Part shown: piece by piece, positions 38,984 through 51,228 of the stretch
Layout: every line of letters begins with the position of its first letter
Numbering within the stretch: position 1 is the stretch's first letter
Source of the DNA: Perna viridis
Taxonomy: Eukaryota
Assembly (NCBI GenBank): GCA_037379345.1
Contig: CM074516.1
Span: forward strand, 26,784,001-26,848,000
Reading direction: 5' to 3'
Length of the DNA: 64,000 nucleotides
The notes under the pieces: model-generated
The model's input: only the letters and a program-made list of their open reading frames with translations
What the model was told of the DNA's origin: nothing
Database searches by the model: none
Position numbers and translations under genes: made by a program

Positions 38984-40589
38984 GTCTGTATTGGTATCCC
39001 TGAAAAGAGAAAATCACATCTTAAAAGTTACCATCCAGCACCAGAAATATACCTTTGTTCTACTATTGATAATTCGTGCTGTGTACAAAACTCTAAATAT
39101 ATTCTGCAGTGATCTAAAAATACAATAACTGCAGATGTTGTATGCAATCAAATGCATTTTTTATTGTTATTGTTTAATTGACACAAATTTTAAAGAACCT
39201 GAACATGCATGTTAACATACATGAGTGCACATTTTAGCTTATCATAAAACACAGCAAAAAGATAAGAAATACATGTAAATTAAATTTCATTTACAGATTT
39301 GTTAAATCTCTTAGTTTTGAGATACATGACATGTACACATGTATAAATGGTTCAACCCTTGTGTTTCATAAATAGAAATGGCTGCCATGTTTATTGCCTT
39401 ACTGCTATAATCCACTTAAGTTTTATTTAAAACAAATACATTAAGTACATGTACATGTCCAATTTTAGCAATTTTATTAATTAATCCACTTTAATAGTGG
39501 TTGAAAGATATAAAAATACCACTTGAATTGATGTTGCAAATTTGGTATGATGTACAATGTACACATGTTTAAGGGAGTATTTTACTTCCCACCATTAGAA
39601 CCAAATATACATAGGAAAATCTTAATAAAAAAATAATTTGTTTACAAATACTCAAAACCCAAAACCAAGCTCTGAGTTCTACTTAGTGCAATACAAGGAA
39701 TCAAGTGGGTTTAAGCCTAAGTGCTTTAGGGCTTTTGAATAGGGCCAGGTGACAAGGGTTTAATCAGTGATGGTCGAAGATCCAAACCCTCAATTCCTGA
39801 TCTAGGATCTTTGAAATTTCATTTCAAAGACCTTCAACTATATTCATGAACACTTTATTGATGACTTTTTAACTTTAAAAAATCCACGACTCTCCACTCT
39901 TGGATCCCTGTGTGAGATAAATATAATGCAACTTATTAGCTGCACATGCTTTAGGTTGAGATGATGTTTCATATTTGTAAGATTTTTAGTTTATTTGTAG
40001 GAGTGATTTGCTTAGGTTCTAACTGCATTAGTTAATTAGGCCAAAAACAATAATAGTCTTGTTTTCTGCCACCACGGGAAAAACAGGGAACTTAATTTGT
40101 TTTTCAAAAACATTTAACATGGAGTTAATGGGGAAATAATCTAGACTTCAACAGTGCTTGAGCCAAAATGGCCATAAATTGTTTAGGGTAGGCATAAAAT
40201 ACTAGGGTAGGTAGGGTAGCGGGAAACAGATTTTATATTTGGACTGTCATTCTGTAGAAACATTTCTCAACTGTTTCACTAATAGCAGTCTATCAATGTC
40301 TCTTTTGAAATAGATCACTTTCTAGTCTATTGTCATGGATCAGAAGTGGAAACATTGGAGAAATATTACAGAATTCAATAATATTGTTCATAAACATAAT
40401 AAGTTTTATATACATGTTATTTATACCTTTAAAGGGAATGATGCTACATGTAAATGTACTTACGCTCAAACTGTAGATCAAAGAACAAATATACAGGTAC
40501 AATTCTACATGTACATGTATGTTAGTTGAATGTACATTGTACAAGTTGATCATTGCATAACTAGTTAACAATAACAATATTGCAAATTA

Positions 40590-41212
40590 ACCTACTAACC
40601 TCTTATTCTACAGGTGTCTTCCTTACCCCATAAGCCTTCAATTGTCTAAGTTCGGTGAAATTCTACGAAGGCGTTCAAAAGTTACACTCCGAAAACCAAT
40701 TTTTGCCCCCAAAATTATATTTTGTTAAGCCTGTGTGACCTTGACCTTTAACTTATTGACCTCAAATTCAATACATAGGTCTTTTCCTTACCTTATAAGC
40801 CATCAACTATCCAAGTTTGGTGAGTCTATGAAGGCGTTCAAAAGTTACACTCCGAAAATCAAATTTTGCCCCCAAAATTATATTTTGTTAAGCCTGTGTG
40901 ACCTTGACCTTTAACCTACTCACCTAAAATTCAATAGGCGTCTTCCTTACCCCATACACCTTCAATTCTATAAATTTGGTGTTCAAAAGTTACACTCTGG
41001 AAAACAAATTTCATCCAAAAAATTCTATTTCATGAAGTCCATGTGATCTTGACCTGTGACCACGATGTCTTCCTTACCTTATTAGCATTCAACTGTCCAA
41101 GTTAGGAGAAATTCTATGAAAGTGTTCCAAAGTTACGCCCTTGAAACCAATTTTGGACAGACGGAGGGGTGGACGGAAAGCTGAATTCTATACTCAAAGG
41201 CAGGGGACAATA
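40590..41212 (+). repeat. Helentron/HINE-like fragment with about 4 copies of a ~145-165-bp satellite-like unit (tgaccttgacctt motif)
   Basis: The aaagttacac block occurs at 40681, 40844, 40989 and 41132. The fragment ends in ggacagacgg...ggggacaataa. It resembles the bivalve ~160-170-bp satellites carried in Helentrons. Confidence 0.7.
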
Positions 41213-41510
41213 AAGGCATTGTTGATATCACAGATCATTTGTGATCATTTTACAACATGACATCACAATACAAGTATATTAATTCACACTAAGATAAAGT
41301 TTTACTATAGTTTAAGTCAACTATGAATTGATGATTGATACAGATATTGTCAAGTGTAGTATGGTTTTTATTAAATTCACAGTGAAGCCAAATGGTTTTG
41401 TATTAAAGATTAGAATTATAAGGGTTACATGCAGTTCTGATTTGTGAGTTTGACTGATTGAGATGTACATTAAATACATGTAGTTGAGTGAAATACTGAT
41501 TGTATTGTCT

Positions 41511-41779
41511 AAAAAAGAGGCTCTCAAAGAGCCTGAAACACTCATCTGATAAACCATACTCTATTAACTAAGTAAGTAAAGGTATCATGCTTTGTTACCA
41601 TGTTTGACAAAAAATTGCTGAAAAAGAAACATATATTGATCAAAAGTGCTGTTTTACTAAGCCTGCGTGACCTTGACCTTCAACTTACTGACTCAAATTC
41701 AATACCTGTAGGTCTTTTCCTTACCTTATAAGCCATCAACTATCCAAGTTTGGTGAAAGTCTATGAAAGCGTTCAAAAG
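41511..41779 (+). mobile_element. 5' part of a second HINE-like copy, cut off by the LINE
   Basis: It starts aaaagaggctctcaaagagcctgaaacactcatct and holds one satellite unit ending ...gcgttcaaaag exactly at the LINE start. Confidence 0.65.
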
Positions 41780-41844
41780 GCGCTGTTAGTGCTGTTTTAC
41801 TGGGACTATCATAACTGTTATTGTAAATTTGGATTTAAATAATC

Positions 41845-43608
41845 ATGAGTATGAGCTCTACAATTTTTGAAATCTTATTTACAACCTATAATGGTGATTT
41901 TTCTGGATTTGAACCTGAGGAAAATGAATGTTTTCTGAAAAGTTGTGACTTATATGAAATTGATAATTGTCTTGATAGAACACTTTCTGTTGTTATAAAA
42001 TTCAACAATCAGAAAATATACAATGAGTTTGAAAAAGTTATTTATAAAAACTATGATAGAAACCTCTTTGAAGAAAAATACAGGAATGGTCAAGTGTTAC
42101 AGTCCTTATTTCATGATTTGAAAGTTGTACATGTATTTACATTGTATGAGTCAACTGGATCATTACATGTACAAGGAAAGGGTTGTGAAAAATGGTTCAA
42201 AGAGATGTTTTCTGTTTTTGGAAACTTACTTCACAATCAAATGAAATATTCCAAAAGTGAGGAAATTGAATCAATGGATAGGACTGATAACATATTATTG
42301 AAATCAGTGGAGGAGTTTAACCTATCAGAAACTGTGATTGATAACAAATTAATATATTTCCATGATGATTCTGAAACTGAGGTAAAATTATTAAATGTGC
42401 AGAATTCTGATACATGCCCTCAGCAAGAAGTTCAGAATTTTATTATGACTTCAACACCAATTTCTACAATGAGAAACAACAATTCTGATGGACATTGTAA
42501 CAAAGCCTTGAAAGCCTTGGAGGAAGAAGTAAGTGACTTAAAAGAGTTAGTGAAATCTCTATTAGCTTTATGTAACAAGCAAGAGCACCCTCCTCAGTTA
42601 ACAGTAAGCTCATCCACACAAACTAAAAATGATATCAAGAAAAAATCTGGAAACTCCTCCACACACACACACAAACAGGGAGTGATGAGAAGCAAAAATC
42701 CAACATAAGCAGACATACTTCAATGGAAATAACAAAAAGATCAATTGGAACACAAATCTATAAACTAAATGAGGTTAATAAAATGCGAAGTTGTTCAGTT
42801 CAAACTGACTCAACTCCAGTAGCTGTAGGTCAGTGTATAGATGATAAAGAAACTATCCTTCAAAACACTCCCAAATGGAAACAGGAGTCCGTCCAAATAA
42901 TGGCCCGATCAAACAGAATTTTTTTCAGCACTGAACAAAATGAAAAAGAAATGCTTCATGATCTTAAGAAAGCTGAAACACTGATTATTGGAAGCTCCAT
43001 GCTAAAGGATATAAATCCATCAGGATTATGGGACACAGACATTAGTACTAACAGGGGCCAACATCAGTAAGCTCATAAAAACTGTACAGGAGAAGGATAT
43101 GTCATCTTATAAATTTATTATAATTCATATTGGAGGAAATGACTTAAAAAGAGGAGAAAGTTATTCGACAATAAGAGACAACTATGTAAGTTTACTGCAG
43201 TTATTAAGGGCTGTATGTAGACCAGACTGTGTTTTAATGATATCAAGCATTACTCCAAGAAAAAAGATTAATGTTGACCCTTTGAATCAAATGTTATGGG
43301 AGATGTGTAGTGACCTGAACATACAATTCTTTGACCATTATGATTACATTCATGACAAAAATGGTAGAGTTTTGCATTATCTGTTCCAAGATGGGTTACA
43401 CTTTTCTAGAAAGGGAACATCTGTTTTCCTACAATCGGTAAACAATTATGTCAATATCCTAGGTTATGATATGAAGAATGGGATTTTTTGTACTGAATGT
43501 GGGGAACCAAACCATAATAGTAGATCTTGCAAGCACAGTCACAAAGTTGTCTGTTATTCCTGTAATTATTATGGCCACAAAGAGAAATTTTGTAATTTTT
43601 ACAGCTAA
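41845..43608 (+). pseudogene. LINE ORF1: coiled coil, SGNH/GDSL esterase and two CCHC zinc knuckles (frameshifted)
   Basis: Split over three ORFs. Motifs are LKALEEEVSDLKELVKSLL, IIGSSML, HIGGND, DGLH, CTECGEPNHNSRSC and CYSCNYYGHKEKFC. Confidence 0.85.
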
Positions 43609-43678
43609 GAATATGGCAAAGAAGAAATAGCCATAGAAAATTTGACAAAAAAACAATAACTATTTTACATTATTCTCA

Positions 43679-46600
43679 TTGTGTCAAGATTTTAACAATA
43701 CTACTTGCACATGTCCTAAATTATTATATGGTTTTCTGCAAAGGAGTGTTAAATATTTTAATGATGATAAAAGTAAGGATAAAGCTATAAATCAGTTATG
43801 TTCGTCATCCACTACAGGAAGGAATTTGTCTGCATGTCAAGATTCTGTAGACACTAATAGAATGAAGGACATGTTAATCACAGATCAGATTAAGTTTAAT
43901 AGTGTAAATGAATTGCCTGTAACTAATTGTACCATAACACCTCCTGAGGTCCTTCCATCATTTGATATAATGTTGCATGTATGTATTATGTTTACTTTAT
44001 CTATGATATCTTGTTTCTATTATCTGAATGTACAGGAAGTTATGACAACTGATCTATATAAGATGTATAATGAAAGTCCATATGGTTTTGGAAAAACAAA
44101 AGGATTGAAAATTTCTTCACATAATGTTAATAGACTGGAAAACAAGTTTGATGAAATTAAGAACACTTTATTATTTCAGAAGAATCAGCCAGATATGATT
44201 GGGTTTTGTGAAACTTTTCTAAATCCAAATACTCTAGATAGAGAACTAATTATTCCTGGTTTGAATCTTGAGAGAAAAGATAGGATGAAACTACATGATG
44301 GTGGTGGTATTTTAATCTTCATGATAATTTGAAATTTTCTAGAAGACCTGATTTAGAAATAGGTGGCATTGAGACTTTGTGGTTAGAGATCAAACCATTC
44401 TGTAAAAGATCCTTTTTCTTGTGTTATGTGTACTTTTGATAATTTGATAATTTTGAAAAAGAAATGAGTATAGCTATGAATATAAATTCTGATGTTATTA
44501 TTATGGGTGATTTTAGCATGAACTTTTTACATCCGTCTAAACCTACACCAAAATTGTTAGATTTCATTAATATGTTTCATCTTCACCAATTGATAACTGA
44601 GCCAACCAGAGTAACAGAAAATACAAAAACTTTAATTGATCATATTTATGTAAGCAATCTAAACATGGTCCTAGATTCTTTTGTTTGCAATTCTGCTATC
44701 AGTGATCATTACCTGGTGAGTTTAGTTAGAAAAGAAAAAGGACATGAATTAAAAAAGACCCATTCAACTATTACATACAGAAATTTTAAGTTTTTTCTTT
44801 CAGATATGATGAATACACCTTTTTACCTTATTGAGCAAGAAAGTGATCCTTCTGTGTGCCTCGATTAATTTTATGGTATGTTAAATTCTGTTCTAAATAA
44901 ACATGCCCCAATTGTAACAAGGAGAGTTGAAAGGATTGGTATAATGATGAAATTTTAAATGCAAGAAACCAAAGGGACAAATTCAAGTCTCTTGGTATGT
45001 GGTCAGAATATAGATTTTGGCGAAATAAAACAACGCTTCTGATAAATAGTGCAAAACAAAATTACTATGTAAATCTTGTAAAGGATAGTAAAGACTCCAG
45101 AAACTTATGGAAGTGCATTCATAGTTTAAATCCTAAAGTCAAATCTCCACCAAAGGAACTGAAACTTGAAAGTGGGGAAAAAGTAGTAGACAAAGAGCAA
45201 GTACCCAATGTTTTCAATGATTACTTCACATCTTGTATTGAGAATTTAAGAAACCAGATAATTGTGCCAAACTATGATTTTCATAAACTACATAAATATG
45301 TTAAGGAAAAGATTAGAAACTATGTTCATAAACAGTTTATGATACCTCCAGTAAAATGTAGTGAAATTTATGAAGCACTATTAAAGTTAGATACAACTAA
45401 GTCATCTGGATATGATAATATTGGGCCTAAGGTGCTGCAATTAACGTCTCATATTATTGCACCAAGTTTTACTTATATATATAATCGTATGATTGATTCA
45501 GGCATATTTCCACATTCACTAAAGATTGCAAACGTAACTCCTGTTTATAAGAGTGGTCAGAAAGATTTAGTATCAAATTACAGACCTATTTCAATACTTC
45601 CTTCATTGTCAAAAATAATTGAACGACATATATCTAATCACTTTTATGAATATTTATCTCAATGGGAATTTTTACATCCAGCTCAGTCTGGATTTAGACC
45701 TAAACACTCCTGCCAAACTGCTCTTGTGAATATTGTGGATAAATGGCTATGTAAGATGAATGATGGAAACATAAATCTGGCTATATTTGTAGACTTTAAA
45801 AAGGCTTTTGATGTTGTTGATCATGATATACTTTGTAAAAAACTAATGATCTATGGTGTAAATGACAGTACTGTGCAATTCTTTAAGTCCTACTTAAAGG
45901 ATAGAAAGCAGCAAGTAAATATTTTAAACACTTTCTCATAAAAAAAAACATATTAGCTTTGGCGTTCCTCAGGGTTCCATACTTGGACCACTTTTATTTG
46001 TTATATTTATTAATGATCTTCCTCTTGACATGCATAATACAAATGTTGATATGTATGCTGATGATACAACCATACACAAATCTTTGAAAAATATTAATTT
46101 ATTACAACAGGATATGCAAGATGATCTAAGAAAAGTTGAAAACTGGTGTAGAAATAACTGTATGTTTATCAATCCTAATAAAACTAAGTATATGATTATT
46201 GGAGCAAGACAAAAACTGTCAAATGTTGATATACCCTCCTTAATAGTTAATGATAAAGCTTTAAAATTTTCATCATGTGAAAAACTACTCGGTGTAAAAA
46301 TTGATGATACTCTAAGCTGGAAATGTCATGTTGATCATATATGCTCTAATATTTCATCAAGATTGTATCTCCTAGCAAAGATTAAGAAATATCTGAACAT
46401 TGAAACGAGAAAAACTTTCTATAATGGGTACATTCTTCCACTTATTGACTACTGTTTTATTGTATGGAGTGGCTGTGGCTCTGAAGGATTAGACAAAATT
46501 CTTAAACTCCAAAAACAGGCTGTCCGCCTCATTTTAGATGCTGAACCCTTTCTTCCATCAGAACCCTTGTTCAAAAAATTAGGAATCATGAAAGTAGAAA

Positions 46601-46890
46601 CAAGGATAAAATATCACAAATACCTATAAATCTATAAATCTCTCCATGGGGAAACACCAAGCTACATATCAGAAAAGTTTAACTATGTTTCAAGAAACAA
46701 ACCTCATTCACTAAGAAATGCTGAACAAGAAAATTTGATAATCCCAAACATTAAAACTGAACTTTTCAGACATTCATTCATACATTCTGGGTCTGTCTTG
46801 TGGAATAAGTTACCCATACATTTATGTAATCAAGCCACTGGCAACTCATTCAAAATCAATCTAAAGAAGTACCTTAACACTTTTGAATAG
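43679..46890 (+). pseudogene. LINE ORF2: AP-endonuclease and reverse transcriptase (disrupted)
   Basis: APE motifs: ISSHNVNRL, GFCETFL, IIMGDF, IDHIYVS, SDH. RT motifs: [57 protein letters not shown]. There are several frameshifts and stops (for example TAA at 46627). Confidence 0.93.
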
Positions 46891-47119
46891 AATATCTTAA
46901 AAGAGAAAATTGTTGCTGCTTACTTTTTTTAATGTTCTATATTGTATTATCTTAAAGTGATTTGGTATTGTCAAATCAGCTTTTGTTTTTGTGTTGTGTT
47001 GTTTATTTTTAATTTCTACTTGATATAGTTTTTGTGTACGAGAGCCTCAGGGAAGATTAGCTTGTAAACTAACTGTGTAACCCTCTTGAAATGAAGATTT
47101 TATTATTATTATTATTATT

Positions 47120-47928
47120 AAAAGAGTACCTAAGGCACTAAAATGTTGGAAACGCCTTCAGAACCTCTGAAAAAAAATTTGGGCAAGGGTCCCCCTATGC
47201 TCTGTTATTCCATCAGATTTAGGGACATTAGCACAGTATACATTTGCTGAGAAAAACAAAAAACAAAATGATATTAAATCATGGCTATCCAAACTTTTCA
47301 TGATCACCATTCATATCAGGAGACCATGTTTACTATATAAACCAATTATCATTGAAATCAAAGCAAGTATAAAAATTAGCGGGAAAATGGCCTCCCAAAA
47401 CAATCTTTCATCATCATCGTTCAACTTAAAACACCTAATTTCCAAAAGATAGAATCTGAGCAACTGGTTAAAATAGTTGTAATATGGCAGCCATTTTGAA
47501 AATGGTCACCTAAAAAATAATTTCAATATTGCTCGTTAACTCAGAATATCATGTGTATCTTCTGGGTAGCTTTCCTTTTCATTCTTCTATAGTTCAGGAA
47601 AAAATTGCAAAATAAGAATTTTGACCCCTATGTTCCATTTTTAGTAACAGTGGCCATGTTTTTTGACGGATCCAATTGGTCAAATAGGGTCAAGGGAGAA
47701 GATTTTTGAAAGAAACAACATTAAAAATAGCAAAAAAACGTCAAAAAAGGGCAATAACTCCAACATGGCTTAATGGATATAAAACAACTGGTAGATCTTA
47801 TCATGCTGACCAGTTTTTACCCTACGTCAGAATTTAGCTAAACCTAACGGTTTTGGAGATAAATGCGAAAAATTGTTAATTGGGTATGGAGAACCACCGA
47901 TCTTGGTGAAAAATCACCCAGCATGGTG
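47120..47928 (+). mobile_element. Degenerate HINE-like element abutting the LINE tail
   Basis: It shares tgacccctatgttc...tttagtaac..ggccatgttt and aaaaagggcaataactccaacatgg with 26.2-26.6 kb, and has the terminal hairpin ggtga-aaaa-tcacc. Confidence 0.6.
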
Positions 47929-48039
47929 AAGTCAATCTCACTGATGTATGCCGACAATATGGATGTGAGTACCCGGGGTCCCAGGTCATTGATCTCTAAA
48001 ATTCATTTGGGACTAGAGAAAATCACAAGGGAGTACGAA

Positions 48040-48530
48040 GGACGTGAAAATTCTTAATCCCAACGCCTGAATCGATACAAGTAGATTTCTCCAGCTTTAA
48101 ATCAAGGCGTCGGTACAATAAAGCATGTGGTATTAAAGATTGACAAATAAATCGTAAAAATCGTATAAAAAACATGTATCGTTGATACATACTTGATGAC
48201 TATCCTGTATTAAGTAATTATAATTAATTACAGTCCATGTCATGACCAGACACACATCGGAGACATTGTAAACAATCTGTTCTTTTAAATTTCTAAATAT
48301 AGACAACTACTGTATATACATGTATGTGTGAGGTTCGTCAAGGGCTTATTTTTATACAAGGGTAAACACAGGTTCGAAACCGTTCAACAAAACTTATGAT
48401 TGAAATAAAGATATGTGTAGGTTGTAATAGAAACGTACTTTAAATAAGAACTTTCTCAAAGTTAACTTGAAGCATCTAAAACAGCGGTCAAAAACAACCG
48501 GTTGAGGAAGCTATCTCATTCTCGTTTGGA
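48040..48530 (-). promoter_or_regulatory. CpG-retaining patch; candidate promoter and non-coding first exon of the minus-strand gene
   Basis: CpG density is visibly higher than in the gene bodies. There is a minus-strand donor CAA|gtatgt at 48193/48192, and the ATG exon (38999-38953) has an acceptor, so it needs an upstream exon. Confidence 0.4.
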
Positions 48531-49253
48531 CAACTTCTTGTAACTTGAATAATTATTACTGACAATGATCCCAGTCCTGATTAAGGGCTTCTACTTTACA
48601 ATCTTCATGCACGCATTATCTTGGGACAAGTAATTAGTTTCTTTTATTTCTAGAAAAGTTGTTCAATTGTTAAAACTTTCAGAAACTAAAAGCGTCACCA
48701 GACTGTTTTTACAAGTCTGTCACTTGAATCAAATTACAACAATTAATACTTTCAGAGTGTTTCATTTATATTTATAAATAAAAGTCATCAATTTACAAAT
48801 ACAAAATTTATAAATTTCAAAAGATTGCATTATTACTTGATAAAAATATGAAATAATACATGCATTTCTACATGATATCTCCCACTCATTGGATGTAGCT
48901 GTAAATAAATACAGCCGAATTTTTAATGACTAATTTTTTTACCTTAACTGCCTGAATTACCTGACAAACAAAAACACAATATGCATCGTAACTTACAATG
49001 AGTTCCCCATTATGCCTCACTGAATTTTATGACTATTGCAATATACCAACGGTTGGTGTTGGCTAGGTGGAATCTGGGTGGTAAGTACTCAAAATGCAGG
49101 TGTAACACAGAGTTTCACTCAGGTCGGACTTCAGTGTTAGAAAAACTAATGTTGGTGCGTGTAGTGTACATGTATTTATTAATGTAAGAGTACTTTCATT
49201 CTGTAATGTTTTCATTCCAGTCAACTCTAACTAGGGAAAACATTTTACAGTAG

Positions 49254-50593
49254 ACAAGAAGAAGCTCACAGGAGCCTGAATCGCACATCTTTTTACATTT
49301 TTCCTTTTTAAAAACAATGACTCTAACAAGAAATTGTCTGACAATTTTGATTCAAAAGGACTTTGGCAGGACTTATAAGGATCATTTCATCAATTAAAAT
49401 TTGTTTCCCTACATATATCCAATATAGTTTTCAAAATACTGGCTGAAAACTGCTAAAAGCATTTAGTCTGACTACTTTGTTCTATCTTCAGTACCTGGCC
49501 GTCATGTTTTTGCAACAGATCAAAATTCCCTGCATAGGTTCCATTTTCAGAATATCCTATGGAACATTCACACCAAGTTCGGTTCCACTTAGTCAAGAAA
49601 TGTCGGAGAAGAATTTTAAAAATGTCAAAAAGGCCAATAACTCTCACATGGCATAACAGATTTAAACAAAAATCTCACTAGATACATGTACATGTAGCTC
49701 TCGTCACTTTATCAAAATTCGGGTAAACCTTACTTTTAGAGATATATGAAAAAAAACTTCTGTCTGACTCCTTTGTTCTATTTTTAGTAGCAGCGGCCAT
49801 GTTTTTCAATGGATAAAAAATCTACACATCAGATCTATGCAGAACACCCAAAGGTAAAGGAAAACTATTGACCAAACTTTACGACAAACGTGATGACTTT
49901 TCATTCAAAATTGTCAACTTTCCTTTCACCTGTGGCAACATCCCTTCGGCTCCTGTGTATGGAGTGTTCATATCACAACTTATATGTTATGCCAGAGCTT
50001 GCCGAAACTACACAGACTTTTTGTATTGCACTAGAACTCTAACAAATAGGCTTCTGGAACAGGGTTATGTTGCTACAAGATTGAAGTCATCACTGCAGAA
50101 GTTTTATGGTCGTCATCATGAACTCGTAGATCGTTATGGTGTATCCATCAGCACCATGAAAACTGATTTATTCAACAGGTCATAGTTTTCCTTTCCTTGT
50201 TCGTCTACACCGGACTTGACTTTTTATGAGCAACCCAGCCGGTGTTTCTAGAAAAGCAGAGGATGCTTACCCTACCGGTGCACCTGGTCCATGCTCCCAG
50301 TTTTCTGTAGAGTCGGAATTGCTCATTTACTTTTGTTACTTTGTATGTATGATTTTATTTACTTTATGTTCTTTGTTGTGTATGTCTGTTTTCCATGTCT
50401 GGTCTTTGTCCCCGGATTACATTCTTTTGATTACAGCTATAACCTTAGTTCCCTTCATAACTCTAAGGAACATTCAATTATACCAAGTTTGATTCTGATT
50501 AGTCTTGTAGTTTCACCATAGAAGAAGAGGTTTGAAAAATTGTTAACAACAACAAGTAATGGCAATAGCTCACATGGCCCTTTGGGTCATGAA
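49254..50593 (+). mobile_element. HINE-like element (same family as 25863-26760) interrupted by a Penelope-derived insertion
   Basis: 5' acaagaagaagctcacaggagcctgaatcgc and 3' tggcaatagctcacatggccctttggg. Confidence 0.7.
49855..50464 (+). mobile_element. 5'-truncated Penelope-like retroelement fragment (RT thumb/linker remnant plus 3' tail)
   Basis: Encodes TKLYDKRDDFSFKIVNFPFTCGNIPSAPVYGVFISQLICYARAC, typical of the PLE RT C-terminal region. AAGG lies on both sides (49851-54 and 50465-68). Confidence 0.75.
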
Positions 50594-50870
50594 CAGGTTC
50601 CATTTATATCAAACTACCATAATCAGCACATACATGTACATGCTTTATTTACCCAATTTTTAGCAGAGTAATCCCAACCAACCCAACCCTGGCCACAACC
50701 TAATCCAAACACTTTAGTTAATATTCTCCATAGCCCACGTTTTCCAAACTTTTTAATAAACAGGCCACTGTTGAGAGGAAATAGTTCAAATACGTTGTAG
50801 AATGTCAATTTAAAAATCAACCAGAAAGAGTAATTTGATCAATCATTCATAAATGCACTCTAATGCAGGA

Positions 50871-51228
50871 CCACGTCATCTAAATATATTCAAATGTTGT
50901 ACTTGAAATGACATTTTCACCTTTACCTACTTCAACAAGTGCTTATAAAAATATCATTAATCGTGCATATTTCCCGCCATTTCATCAGCGTTAGTTGTAT
51001 GTTTGAAAAAAAATCATGAGCAGAGTTACTTACCTTCTCTATTTTCGGTTTCACTTTAAAACCTTTAAGTAAGTTGCATATATTATATGATATAAAATTC
51101 CGAATTAGCTATTAAATGGTAACTATATGTACCTTTTTTCCGTTTCATTAACCTTTAACGATGCACATGTATTCCAGTACACATTTAAAAATCCTATGAA
51201 AACTTTCAAAAGTACATCACACGTCATC
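50871..51228 (+). promoter_or_regulatory. Candidate PARP-gene promoter/first exon: TATA box, ISRE/IRF-E, two CRE/UPRE-like sites
   Basis: TATAAAAA at 50944-51, TTTCCCGC at 50970-77, TTTTCGGTTTCACTTT at 51042-57, donor AA|gtaagt at 51068/69, and CACGTCATC at 50872 and 51220. The next exon's acceptor is at 51652. Confidence 0.5.

Larger units (their letters stand above)
41780..47120 (+). mobile_element. Near full-length, inactivated non-LTR retrotransposon (L2/CR1 group)
   Basis: It has ORF1 plus APE-RT ORF2 with stops and frameshifts, a 3' UTR with a stem-loop-like region (47040-47087), and a (TTA)n tail at 47100-47120. Confidence 0.93.

Noticed and set aside
50226-50521. Hydrophobic ORFs (LLIYFCYFVCMILFTLCSLL...), also at 32941-33159 and 32106-32427
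   Set aside because: These are translations of the T-rich Penelope-derived repeat tail, not membrane-protein genes.
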